Source: Alkalilimnicola ehrlichii MLHE-1
GTDB taxonomy: Bacteria > Pseudomonadota > Gammaproteobacteria > Nitrococcales > Halorhodospiraceae
Assembly: GCF_000014785.1 (NCBI RefSeq)
Contig: NC_008340.1
Location: 720,001 to 752,000, forward strand
Length of the DNA stretch: 32,000 nucleotides
Direction of reading: 5' to 3'
Part shown: one piece after another, positions 6,956-18,073 of the stretch
Position numbering within the stretch: the first letter of the stretch is position 1
Layout: the number at the start of each line of letters is the position of its first letter
The notes under the pieces: generated by a model
What the model saw: only the letters and a program-made list of their open reading frames with translations
What the model was told of the DNA's origin: nothing
Database searches by the model: none
Position numbers and translations under genes: made by a program

Positions 6956-9900
6956 TCAGGCCCCATGATGCAGTGGGGGTGGAGCCGCCATCAGTTGGCC
7001 GGCGCGCTCCGCATCCAGCGGGCGGCTGTAGTAAAAGCCTTGGATTTCGTCGCAGCCCAGCGCCTGTAATACCCGTAACTCGGCCGCGGTCTCCACCCCT
7101 TCGGCGATGACCCCAAGGCCAAGGCTGCGGGCGATGCTGATGATGGCCTGGTTGATCGCTGTGTCGTGGCCGCTGTCGCCTATGCCGCGGACGAAGGATT
7201 GGTCAATCTTCAGCTTGGCGATGGGCAATCGCTTGAGATAGCCGAGGTTGGAATAACCGGTCCCGAAATCGTCAATGGCCAGACTGATGCCCATTTCCCG
7301 AAGGGTCTGGAAACCGGTGACCACCGCCGGGTCGTCCTCACTCAAAAAGAGGCTTTCGGTGACCTCCAAGTGGAGCCCGTCACCAGGCAGGCCGCTGGTC
7401 TCCAGTGCCCGGCGCACGTCTGCGACCACGTCGCTGCGACGGAGCTGGACCACCGATAGATTCACCGAGACCGGTAGGGCGGGAAGCCCGGCCTGCCGCC
7501 AGGCGCGGTTCTGGCGGCAGGCCTCGCCGAGCACCCAGCGGCCCAGTGGGACGATCAGCCCCGTCTCCTCGGCGATGGGGATGAAGCGCGCCGGTGAGAT
7601 GTCGCCCTCGTCCCCGGCGTGCCAACGCAGCAGGGCCTCCATTCCGGTGAGGGTGCCGTCGGCCAGGCTTACCTGCGGCTGGTAATGTAGGCGGAATTCA
7701 CCCCGGTCCAGTGCGCGGCGCAGCCGGCTCTCCAGCGACAGGCGCTCGCGGGCGCGGCTGGTCATGTCGCTGCTGAAAAAGCGGTAGCCCTCATGGCCAC
7801 TGGCCTGTTTGGCCATCGACATGGCCGCATCCGCGTGACTGTGCAGGGTCTCGAGGTTATCCCCGTCTTCGGGGTAGAGTGCGATGCCCACGACGCTGGA
7901 GGGGGTCAGCTCCTGTCCGCTCAGGTCCAGTGGCTCGGCGACGCAGGCCATCAGGCGTTCGGCGGCTTGGGCCGCCTCGGTGGGCTTGTGGATCTCCGGC
8001 AGCAGGATCAGAAACTGATCGCTGCCGATCCGGGAGACCGTGCCCGCCCCGTTCACGTGGTCTTGCAGGCGCTGCGCCACCGTTTGCAGCACCTCGTCAC
8101 CGGCCACATGACCAAGGGTTTCGTTGATGATCTTGAAACGGTCGAGGTCCAGCGACAGCAGGGCCAGCCGGTAGTGCTGGTCCTGGGCGCGGCGCAACGC
8201 CTGTCCCAATCGGTCGGCGAGCAACCCGCGATTGGGCAGCCCGGTGACCGGATCGTGCTGGGCCAGGTAGCGGATGTGCGCCTCGCGATCCTTGGTCTCG
8301 GTAAGGTCAAGGCCTACCGCGATATAGTGGGTGATCCGCCCTGCCTCGTCCCGGACCACCGATAGGGTGAGCCAAAGGGGCGCGTTTTCGCCCCCCTTGC
8401 GCCGGTTCCAGATCTCGCCTTCCCAAAAGCCGTGGCGGCGGAGCCGGGCGAGTATACGGCGGTAGAACTGTTGCGTGTGGTGGGGGGAGCGGAGCATGTG
8501 CGGGCGCCGGCCGAGCACCTCGTCGGGGACATAGCCGGTGCGTTCAGTGAAGGCCCGGTTCACCCGCATTATCCGCTGTCTGGCATCGGTGATGATGATG
8601 GCCTCGGTGCTGTGCTCGAACACCTCCTCGGCCAGGCGCATCTGCTCTTCGGCCGCCTTGCGGGCCTGTTCCCGCTCTATGTTGTCCAGCGCGAACGAGA
8701 GGTCCCCGGTCATCTCCGCCATGAGCTGGATGATATCCGCGCTAAAAAAGCGCTCCTCGCTGGAGTAGACGGCCAATGCGCCGATGCAGTCGTCGCTCTG
8801 GAACAGGGGGAAGGCGGCGACCGAGCGAAACCCGCGGCGGGCCGCGGCGGCCTGCCAGGGGCCGGCGTCCGGGTGATCCAGGAACCGGTCGAACACGCTG
8901 GCCCGCCGCTGGCGGATGGCGCGTCCTACCGGGCCCCGGCTCTCCGGGCGCGCAGGATCGGTACTGATACGGATCTCGTCCAGATAACCCATGTCGCGAC
9001 CGGCCCGGCTCACCGGGGTGACGCGGCCACTGGCCTGATCCACCAACCCGATCCAGGCCATGTCGAGTCGGCCATACCGGACCACCACCTCGCAGGTCCG
9101 CTGGAACAATTCCTTGGGGTCGTCGATACGGATGATGACCTGATTGGCCTGGCTGAGGGCAGCGTAGAGATCGCGCAGTCGGCTGATCTCCTCGCGGGCC
9201 TGGACGTGGCCGGTCACGTCGTGGCTGATACAGAGCACATGGGCGATATTGCCGGTGTCATCGGTCTCCGGGACGATCAGCGCCTCGAAGTGGCGGACCC
9301 GGCCCTCGCGGTCCGGATGGGAAAAGGTCATGGTCCCGGGTTCGCCGCTTTCCAGCGCCTGGTTCAGGTGCCGCTCCCAGGTCGCGAGCAGTTTGCCGCG
9401 GAAGCCGACCTCCTCGTGTGTTCGGCCCAGGTAGTGCTCCCGCGGGATGCCGGTGAACGCCTCCAGGGCACGGTTGACGTAGAGATGCCGGAGGTCGCGG
9501 TCGAGTCGGACGATGATGTCGGGTGAGTTTTCCGCCAGGGTCTCGTAGGCCCGCTCTCGCGCGGCGAGGTCGGCCTGCGCCATCAACTCGGTGCGTAGCC
9601 GTCGGGCCTCCAGACCGTGCACATGGCCCCGCCACCAGAGGATGATGCCCGTGCCCGCTGCGACCACCAGCAGCAGACCGGTGGTGAAGCTCCAGCGCGC
9701 CAGGTGCCGGATATCCGCTTCCGGCGGGGGCGTGGGGGTACTGGAGACCTGGTGGTAGAAGAGGTAACCGAGCGCCGCCAATCCGCCGGCGAGCCCGGTC
9801 AGGATGCCCACGGGCACCCAGTAGTCGCCGGCAACGGGGAGCAGGTCGGAATCAGGGGCGCGAGGGCGCCGGGCCTGCTCTTCCAGCCGGGTGGTGTTGA

Positions 9901-10111
9901 TGGTAAAGCGGATCACTAGGTAGAGCAGCCCGGCGGTCACCAGCACGTAGAACCAGCCCTTGGCGGTTTGCAGCCGGGCCACCAGCTCGGTGTCCTCTAT
10001 GAGCACCAGCAACAGGCGGTCTGAGCCGAAAATCCACAGCAGCCCGAGCGCCGCGTAGGCCAGGCAGATGGTCAGGGCGGGGCCGTGGCCCGGTTTGCGC
10101 AAGGCTGGCAT
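6956..10111 (-). CDS. Membrane PAS/GAF sensor with degenerate GGDEF and intact-looking EAL domain
   Basis: 1051 aa: N-terminal TM segments, PAS (NSPDIIVRLDRDLRHLYVN; EHSTEAIIITDARQRIMRVN), GGDEF-like domain with SRIGSDQFLILLPE at the active loop, EAL domain with MEALLRW, ESLFLSEDD, DDFGTGYSNLGYLKRLPIAKLKIDQSF. Confidence 0.9.
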   Translation of the reverse strand: MPALRKPGHGPALTICLAYAALGLLWIFGSDRLLLVLIEDTELVARLQTAKGWFYVLVTAGLLYLVIRFTINTTRLEEQARRPRAPDSDLLPVAGDYWVPVGILTGLAGGLAALGYLFYHQVSSTPTPPPEADIRHLARWSFTTGLLLVVAAGTGIILWWRGHVHGLEARRLRTELMAQADLAARERAYETLAENSPDIIVRLDRDLRHLYVNRALEAFTGIPREHYLGRTHEEVGFRGKLLATWERHLNQALESGEPGTMTFSHPDREGRVRHFEALIVPETDDTGNIAHVLCISHDVTGHVQAREEISRLRDLYAALSQANQVIIRIDDPKELFQRTCEVVVRYGRLDMAWIGLVDQASGRVTPVSRAGRDMGYLDEIRISTDPARPESRGPVGRAIRQRRASVFDRFLDHPDAGPWQAAAARRGFRSVAAFPLFQSDDCIGALAVYSSEERFFSADIIQLMAEMTGDLSFALDNIEREQARKAAEEQMRLAEEVFEHSTEAIIITDARQRIMRVNRAFTERTGYVPDEVLGRRPHMLRSPHHTQQFYRRILARLRRHGFWEGEIWNRRKGGENAPLWLTLSVVRDEAGRITHYIAVGLDLTETKDREAHIRYLAQHDPVTGLPNRGLLADRLGQALRRAQDQHYRLALLSLDLDRFKIINETLGHVAGDEVLQTVAQRLQDHVNGAGTVSRIGSDQFLILLPEIHKPTEAAQAAERLMACVAEPLDLSGQELTPSSVVGIALYPEDGDNLETLHSHADAAMSMAKQASGHEGYRFFSSDMTSRARERLSLESRLRRALDRGEFRLHYQPQVSLADGTLTGMEALLRWHAGDEGDISPARFIPIAEETGLIVPLGRWVLGEACRQNRAWRQAGLPALPVSVNLSVVQLRRSDVVADVRRALETSGLPGDGLHLEVTESLFLSEDDPAVVTGFQTLREMGISLAIDDFGTGYSNLGYLKRLPIAKLKIDQSFVRGIGDSGHDTAINQAIISIARSLGLGVIAEGVETAAELRVLQALGCDEIQGFYYSRPLDAERAGQLMAAPPPLHHGA

Positions 10112-10122
10112 GGGGCGTCCGT

Positions 10123-12868
<2,746 letters not shown>

Positions 12869-12885
<17 letters not shown>

Positions 12886-13096
12886 CCTGGCCGTCCTGGC
12901 GTGAACCGGCGCGTGGGCGGCGGTATAAGACCAGCCCGGTCAGCAGGATGATCAGCAGCCAGCTGAGGAAGAGGTAGACATAGAGGACGGGCAGGCCGAA
13001 CACCCAGCCGTCGCGGGCGAACAGGGATAGCAGGGGGTAGTTGAACAACAGCGCCGCAAGCAGGGCCAGGGCGACGATGCGCTCGGTACGTTGCAT
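12869..13096 (-). CDS. Small membrane protein (about 75 aa), putative partner of the SSS-kinase
   Basis: MQRTERIVALALLAALLFNYPLLSLFARDGWVFGLPVLYVYLFLSWLLIILLTGLVLYRRPRAG...; two predicted TM helices. The stop overlaps the start of the SSS-kinase gene. Confidence 0.7.
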
Positions 13097-13109
13097 GTGG
13101 GCTCCCGGG

Positions 13110-15269
13110 CTAACGGAATCGGGCCTGCTCTCTGCGGACCGTGACCACCTGCTCTGAGGCCTGGATTGCCTGGCCCAAAGTGACCACACCCCGTTCACGC
13201 AGAAGGGGAATCATTCGGGCGAAGACATCGGCGGTGACCCGCGCGTCGGCCAGTGCGCTGTGGCGCTTCTGGACTTCGACCCCCAGCCTCTCTGCCACGC
13301 CCTCCAGCGTGTGGTCGGGGGAATGGTCGTGCAAATACACCGACAATAGTAGCGTATCGAGCACCGGCTGGGGGAACGCCAGCCCGGCCCGGGCCTGTGC
13401 CCGGCGCAGAAACCCCATATCGAAGGCGGCATTGTGGGCCACCAGTACGCTCTCCTCGCCGATGAAGCGCGAGAAGGCCCGCAGAACCGGTCCGATCTCC
13501 GGCGCCCGTGCCACATCCTCGTTGCTGATGCCGTGGAAGCGGGTGGCGCTGTCCGGTATCGCCCGGCACGGTTTCACCAGTTGCTCGAAATACTCGTCCT
13601 GCAGCACCCGTCCGTTGACCAGACGCACGGCACCGATGGCGATGATCTCGTCGCCGCGCGCCGGCGACAGGCCGGTGGTCTCGGTATCGAAGACCACGCA
13701 ACTGAGCTGATCCAGCGCTCGCTCGGCCCACTCGCCCAACTGCGGCGGTTGCTGCGCCACGGAAAAGTCGTAAAACTCGTGCTGCACGGCGGGTGCGTGG
13801 CTGGGCGATTGCCATTGGCGCTCCGAGGCCGGTAGGGGGATGCGCAGAAAGGCGCACCCCGGGTCGCGTTCGCTGTGCTGGCTCCAGGCGACCGTGTGGT
13901 GCCGCTCCAGGAGGGTCCGCGCGGAGAGCTCGCCCCCCAGGTCCGGGAGGGGGGCGTCCAGCCATCGATCCAGGGTCTCGCTGGCGACCGGCCTGCCGCG
14001 CCAGGTGAGGTCGAGATAGACGCGTTGATCGCCCATCAGGGCCTCCACGGTCACCCGGTCCACCCCGTGCTCCCCGGCCAGGCGGGCGAGCAGATCCTCC
14101 AGTACCAGCCCAATCGCATGGCCCTCCGCGTGGACCCACAGCGGCAGCCCGACCTCGTCCACCCGGGGCAGGGCGCGCTGGCTGCGGCGCAATACACTGC
14201 CGAGCAGGTCAGCGGTGTAGAGATCGGCCATCACCCAGGGGGTGGAGACGAAGCGCTGCGCCTCGGCGGCCAGTTGCTCGAAGCGTGTCCCGAGGGCGCT
14301 GGTCTCCCGGGCCACTAAGGCCTCGAAGGCCTGGCGCTGTTCCGGGGTCATGTCCGCCCGCCGGTCCAGGCTGTCGGTGGCGGCCCGAAGGCTGGCCAGC
14401 GGTGCCCGCAAGGCCTCCATGGTCTGGCGTAGTCGTTGCTCCCGTTCGGCCATGCCCCGGAGCTCGCGGGTGATGTCGTCGAAGGTGAGCACAAAGGCGG
14501 ACTGTAACAGGCTGGAGGCGGGCAGAAGAGCGAGTTGGCAGTGGAGCAGGCTGCCCTGATCCTGGGTGGCGCAGACGAACTCCGTGCTGGCCTCGGTGAC
14601 CGCCTCGTCGGGCTCGGCCTTGCCTTCGCCCTCGTCGCGCTGGTGGCGCAGCAGCTCGAGGCTGTGCTCCAGCGGCGCCCGGGCGAGAATACCGTAAAGC
14701 GACCGGCACAGGCCCAGCGCCGGGTGGTCGCCGAGGATGGCGCGGGCGGCCGGATTGTAGAGCATGATGCGACCCTGCTCGTCGCAGACCACCACCCCCT
14801 GGCGCAGCCCGCGCAGGACGATCTCCAGCCGCGCCTTCTGGGCCTCCAGGCCGCGCGGGTCGCCGGTGATGGCCTTGGCCACCTCCTGCCGGCACTCGTA
14901 AAGTGCCCGTCCCAGGGTCTCGACCCGCTCGGGGAGTTCGCCCAGAAGGTGCGGGCCGGGCAGCTCGATCCGGTGGCTGGGGTTGCCGTGGCGCATGATG
15001 GCGGCGCCCCGGCTGACCGCCGCCGCGGCGGTGGCCAGGCGCTGGTCCAGCACCAGCCAGAGCAGGGCCAGCAGGCCGCCGAAGCCGAGCCCAAAGCCGC
15101 CCAATGCCAGGATGGCACGGCCCTGCTGGAGCTCGTCGGGCAGTTGCGGCACCAGGTAGCGGCCCAGCGCCAGCAGCGTAAGGACCAGCACCCCAACGGG
15201 CACCAGCAACAGGAGCCAAAACCGGGTGCGGGGCTCCAGTGCACGCGGCGGGCGGTGTGGTGCGGACAC
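13110..15269 (-). CDS. Membrane-anchored HAMP/PAS/kinase-like protein fused to a C-terminal DnaQ-family 3'-5' exonuclease
   Basis: 719 aa: two N-terminal TMs, PAS-like segment (LRGLRQGVVVCDEQGRIMLYNPAARAILG), then DEDDh exonuclease motifs VVFDTETTGLSP, LVAHNAAFDMGFLRR, HSALADARVTADVF. Confidence 0.88.
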   Translation of the reverse strand: MSAPHRPPRALEPRTRFWLLLLVPVGVLVLTLLALGRYLVPQLPDELQQGRAILALGGFGLGFGGLLALLWLVLDQRLATAAAAVSRGAAIMRHGNPSHRIELPGPHLLGELPERVETLGRALYECRQEVAKAITGDPRGLEAQKARLEIVLRGLRQGVVVCDEQGRIMLYNPAARAILGDHPALGLCRSLYGILARAPLEHSLELLRHQRDEGEGKAEPDEAVTEASTEFVCATQDQGSLLHCQLALLPASSLLQSAFVLTFDDITRELRGMAEREQRLRQTMEALRAPLASLRAATDSLDRRADMTPEQRQAFEALVARETSALGTRFEQLAAEAQRFVSTPWVMADLYTADLLGSVLRRSQRALPRVDEVGLPLWVHAEGHAIGLVLEDLLARLAGEHGVDRVTVEALMGDQRVYLDLTWRGRPVASETLDRWLDAPLPDLGGELSARTLLERHHTVAWSQHSERDPGCAFLRIPLPASERQWQSPSHAPAVQHEFYDFSVAQQPPQLGEWAERALDQLSCVVFDTETTGLSPARGDEIIAIGAVRLVNGRVLQDEYFEQLVKPCRAIPDSATRFHGISNEDVARAPEIGPVLRAFSRFIGEESVLVAHNAAFDMGFLRRAQARAGLAFPQPVLDTLLLSVYLHDHSPDHTLEGVAERLGVEVQKRHSALADARVTADVFARMIPLLRERGVVTLGQAIQASEQVVTVRREQARFR

Positions 15270-15290
15270 GGCGCTGGCGCGGGCCCGTGG

Positions 15291-15662
15291 TCAGTCCGCG
15301 CCCAGGAGCTCTCGCACCTTGTCGATGACCTCCTGGGTGGAAAAAGGCTTGGTGATGTAGTCGTCGGCGCCCAGGGAAAGCCCCTTCTCGCGCTCCACGT
15401 CGCGCCCTTTGGCCGTCAACATCACGACCAGAATGTCCTTCCAGTCATCGCTGGCCCGGATGGTCTCGCAGACCTCGTAGCCGTTCTTGCGCGGCATCAT
15501 GACGTCCAGCAGGACCAGATCGGGCTTCGCCCGCTCGATTGCCTCCAGCGCCTCGTCACCGTCGGTCGCGGTCTCTACCTCGTAGCCCGCCTGTTTCATC
15601 AGGAATTCCAGCGACAGGACGATGTTGGCCTCATCGTCGACGATGAGTATGCGTTTCGGCAT
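15291..15662 (-). CDS. Single-domain (CheY-like) response regulator
   Basis: MPKRILIVDDEANIVLSLEFLMKQAGYEV...PDLVLLDVMMPRKNGYEVC...VVMLTAKG...GADDYITKPFS; no output domain. Start chosen at the MPKRIL ATG (15662), not the ORF-track start at 15740. Confidence 0.9.
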   Translation of the reverse strand: MPKRILIVDDEANIVLSLEFLMKQAGYEVETATDGDEALEAIERAKPDLVLLDVMMPRKNGYEVCETIRASDDWKDILVVMLTAKGRDVEREKGLSLGADDYITKPFSTQEVIDKVRELLGAD

Positions 15663-15812
15663 GTGTGAAGCTCCTCCGGTCACGGCCCGTTTGGGATGGC
15701 GCCGCCGCATCGGCGTGTGGGGGCGGCGGGGCCCTGGCAATGGGCCTGTATCCTTAATTGTACCCGGCTTTTTCGTTATGAAAATGCGGTATCGCCCGTG
15801 ATCCCGGCGGGG

Positions 15813-17690
15813 TCAGGCCCCGAACCGGGCGTGCATGTTCTCCTGGAAGCGTTTGATGACCCGCATGGCCAGGGTGAGGCTCTGGCGCGCCAGGGGATGG
15901 AGATCGTCCGGCGCCACCAGTTTGTCCAGTGGCTCCCCGGCCTCGCACTGGGCCAGTTGGTGGGAGAGCAGCAGGTCGAGCAGGTCCTCGTGGGCGGCGA
16001 TGATCGACTCGGCCGCATCAGCGCTGAGCACGCCCTGCCGCACCAGCGCGTGTACCCGCCCGCACGTGTTGGTCTCCTGAATCCCGGCTGCTACCGCATG
16101 GACCCGGGCGCAGTTGGCGATGATGCGCAGGCCCTGGCGTTTGATGTCGATCTTGCCGCGGTTGGCGCCTCGATCCGGGGTCACCAGGCGGTTGAACAGC
16201 CCCAGCGGCGGTCGACCCTCGGCATCGTCCATGGCCAGGGCCCGCAGCGCCCTCGGGTGGGTTGGCAGGGTGTCGAGGACGTGGCGCCAGAGGCTGTCCA
16301 CCAGCCGGTCCTCGCCGTAGAGCAGCTCGAAGTCGAGCACGATGTTGCTCCAACGGGCCGCCTTGCTCCCGGGGTACTGGGCGGCACGGGTAAAGCTGGT
16401 CTGCCATTCCTCAAGGGTCTTCTGGTAAGCGGGGTTACGCGCCATGATCTCGCCCGGGCAGATGGCGTAGCCCACCTCGCCCAGGTTGACATTCACCCGG
16501 TCGCAGAAGGTCTCGAACCACTGTTTCTCCGCCGCCGACAGTGGCCCCGGCTCGTCATCGATGATGATGCCGTTGTCCTGGTCGGGCTCGAACAGCATCT
16601 CCCGGCGCCCCCCGGAGCCCATGATGATGAGCGCATAGGGGCGTGGCGCCGTGCCGTGGCCCTCGCGCTGGATCTCCTCCAGGGTCAGGTCAATGCAGCG
16701 CCTTTGCAGGGCGAGGTGGAACTCGCTGATCACCCAGGCTGCCTGGCTGGCGTCGCGATGGCTTTCGAAGGCGTCGCGCACCACTTTGCCGGTGTTGCGG
16801 TAGAGGCGCTGGAGCTGTTTCAGGTTGCCGGCGTTGTAGGCCAGCTCCAGGGCGGTGCTCTCCTGCATCAGCAGGGCGCGGAGGATGTTGGTCTGTGACA
16901 GCATGCCGGCGGGTTTGCCCTCGTCCATCACCACCAGGTATTTCTGGCGCAGTTCCGACTGCAGGGCCTCGGCCTTCCACAGGGGGGTGTCCGGGCTGAT
17001 GGGGATGGTCGGCCGGGTGATGCTGCTGATCGGTGCGGACGGCGGGTAGCCGGTGCCCAGCACCGCGTGCGCCAGGTCCGGCGCCGTGACCAATCCGAGC
17101 AGGTTGCCGTCCGGGGCCATGACCCCCATCGAGCCGATGCAGCGGGCCTGCATCTCGCCGTGTACCGACATCAGGGTGTCGGTGCTGCGGCAGGTGGCCA
17201 GGGGGCTGTTCATCGCCGTCCGCACCGGGCGTGCCAGCGCACCGGTGGGGGCCTGATTGGCGTAGCTGCGGGCGCGGATGCGCTGGGTGATGACCTGCTC
17301 GAGGGCATCGTGCAGGCCGGGGTGCGCCTCCTCCAGCGCCCGCACGCGCTGAAAGGGGACCACGGCGAGCTGCGCGGGCCGGGTGACCACGGCGGTTGCG
17401 CTGTAGGGTTGATTGTCCAGGTAACTGGAGATGCCCAGCAGGCAGATGGCCTCGCGCAGCGCGGTCTCGCCGTTGGGGTAGACCAGGTCGGCGGCCCCCT
17501 CGAGCAGCACGAACAGCGCGCCGGGGTCGGCTTCGCCCAGCCGGAACAGGGTGTCGCCGGGTTCGGCGTGGCGGATCTCGGCATCCTGGATGAGGGTACT
17601 CAGCGCCGCCGGGTCCATGTGGTGCAGGGGGCGGCTCTTGGCCAACTCGGTGATATCGGGCGGTGCCTGCCCGCCGGCGTCTTCGGCCAT
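15813..17690 (-). CDS. Cyclic-nucleotide-binding-like / CBS / DUF294 putative nucleotidyltransferase protein
   Basis: 625 aa: N-terminal cNMP-like domain (GDTLFRLGEADPGALFVLLEGAADLV), CBS pair, DUF294 core YALIIMGSGGRREMLFEPDQDNGIIIDD. Confidence 0.88.
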   Translation of the reverse strand: MAEDAGGQAPPDITELAKSRPLHHMDPAALSTLIQDAEIRHAEPGDTLFRLGEADPGALFVLLEGAADLVYPNGETALREAICLLGISSYLDNQPYSATAVVTRPAQLAVVPFQRVRALEEAHPGLHDALEQVITQRIRARSYANQAPTGALARPVRTAMNSPLATCRSTDTLMSVHGEMQARCIGSMGVMAPDGNLLGLVTAPDLAHAVLGTGYPPSAPISSITRPTIPISPDTPLWKAEALQSELRQKYLVVMDEGKPAGMLSQTNILRALLMQESTALELAYNAGNLKQLQRLYRNTGKVVRDAFESHRDASQAAWVISEFHLALQRRCIDLTLEEIQREGHGTAPRPYALIIMGSGGRREMLFEPDQDNGIIIDDEPGPLSAAEKQWFETFCDRVNVNLGEVGYAICPGEIMARNPAYQKTLEEWQTSFTRAAQYPGSKAARWSNIVLDFELLYGEDRLVDSLWRHVLDTLPTHPRALRALAMDDAEGRPPLGLFNRLVTPDRGANRGKIDIKRQGLRIIANCARVHAVAAGIQETNTCGRVHALVRQGVLSADAAESIIAAHEDLLDLLLSHQLAQCEAGEPLDKLVAPDDLHPLARQSLTLAMRVIKRFQENMHARFGA

Positions 17691-17922
17691 GCTGTTCTCC
17701 CCGGTGATGCCAAGTATGGGTCGTGGTCGGGCCTCTGCCTTGAGCCGTTCTGAAAATATCGCATCATCAACGGTTTTTGTCCAAAGGGGCGACCGGGTGC
17801 GCCGTTACGGGGGTACACAGGGTGCTACCCCAGGTAACGCCGAAGGGGTGGTCGGCCGGTGTCCGGTGCCGGTGACCGGGGGTAACTGACTGATCCTGGG
17901 GCCGACGTCCGGCCCTGGAGGG

Positions 17923-17938
17923 TGGCACGATTCTCGCT
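17923..17938 (+). promoter_or_regulatory. Candidate sigma-54 (-24/-12) promoter upstream of the SSS symporter
   Basis: TGGCACG-ATTC-TCGCT against the consensus TGGCACG-N4-TTGCW: exact -24 element, correct spacing, one mismatch in the -12 element with GC retained. An NtrC-type activator is encoded at 23173..24534. Confidence 0.5.
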
Positions 17939-18073
17939 TCCCTCTCGTACCCACTCGACGGGGCATCCGGTGGGCGCGCCGGGAACGCGGGTGCCGGGAT
18001 GCCCACGCCCAAAGATGACCGGAGCATGCAGGCAACGCGAGCCGCAAAGCGCCAACGGGGGGCGCACCCGTAA

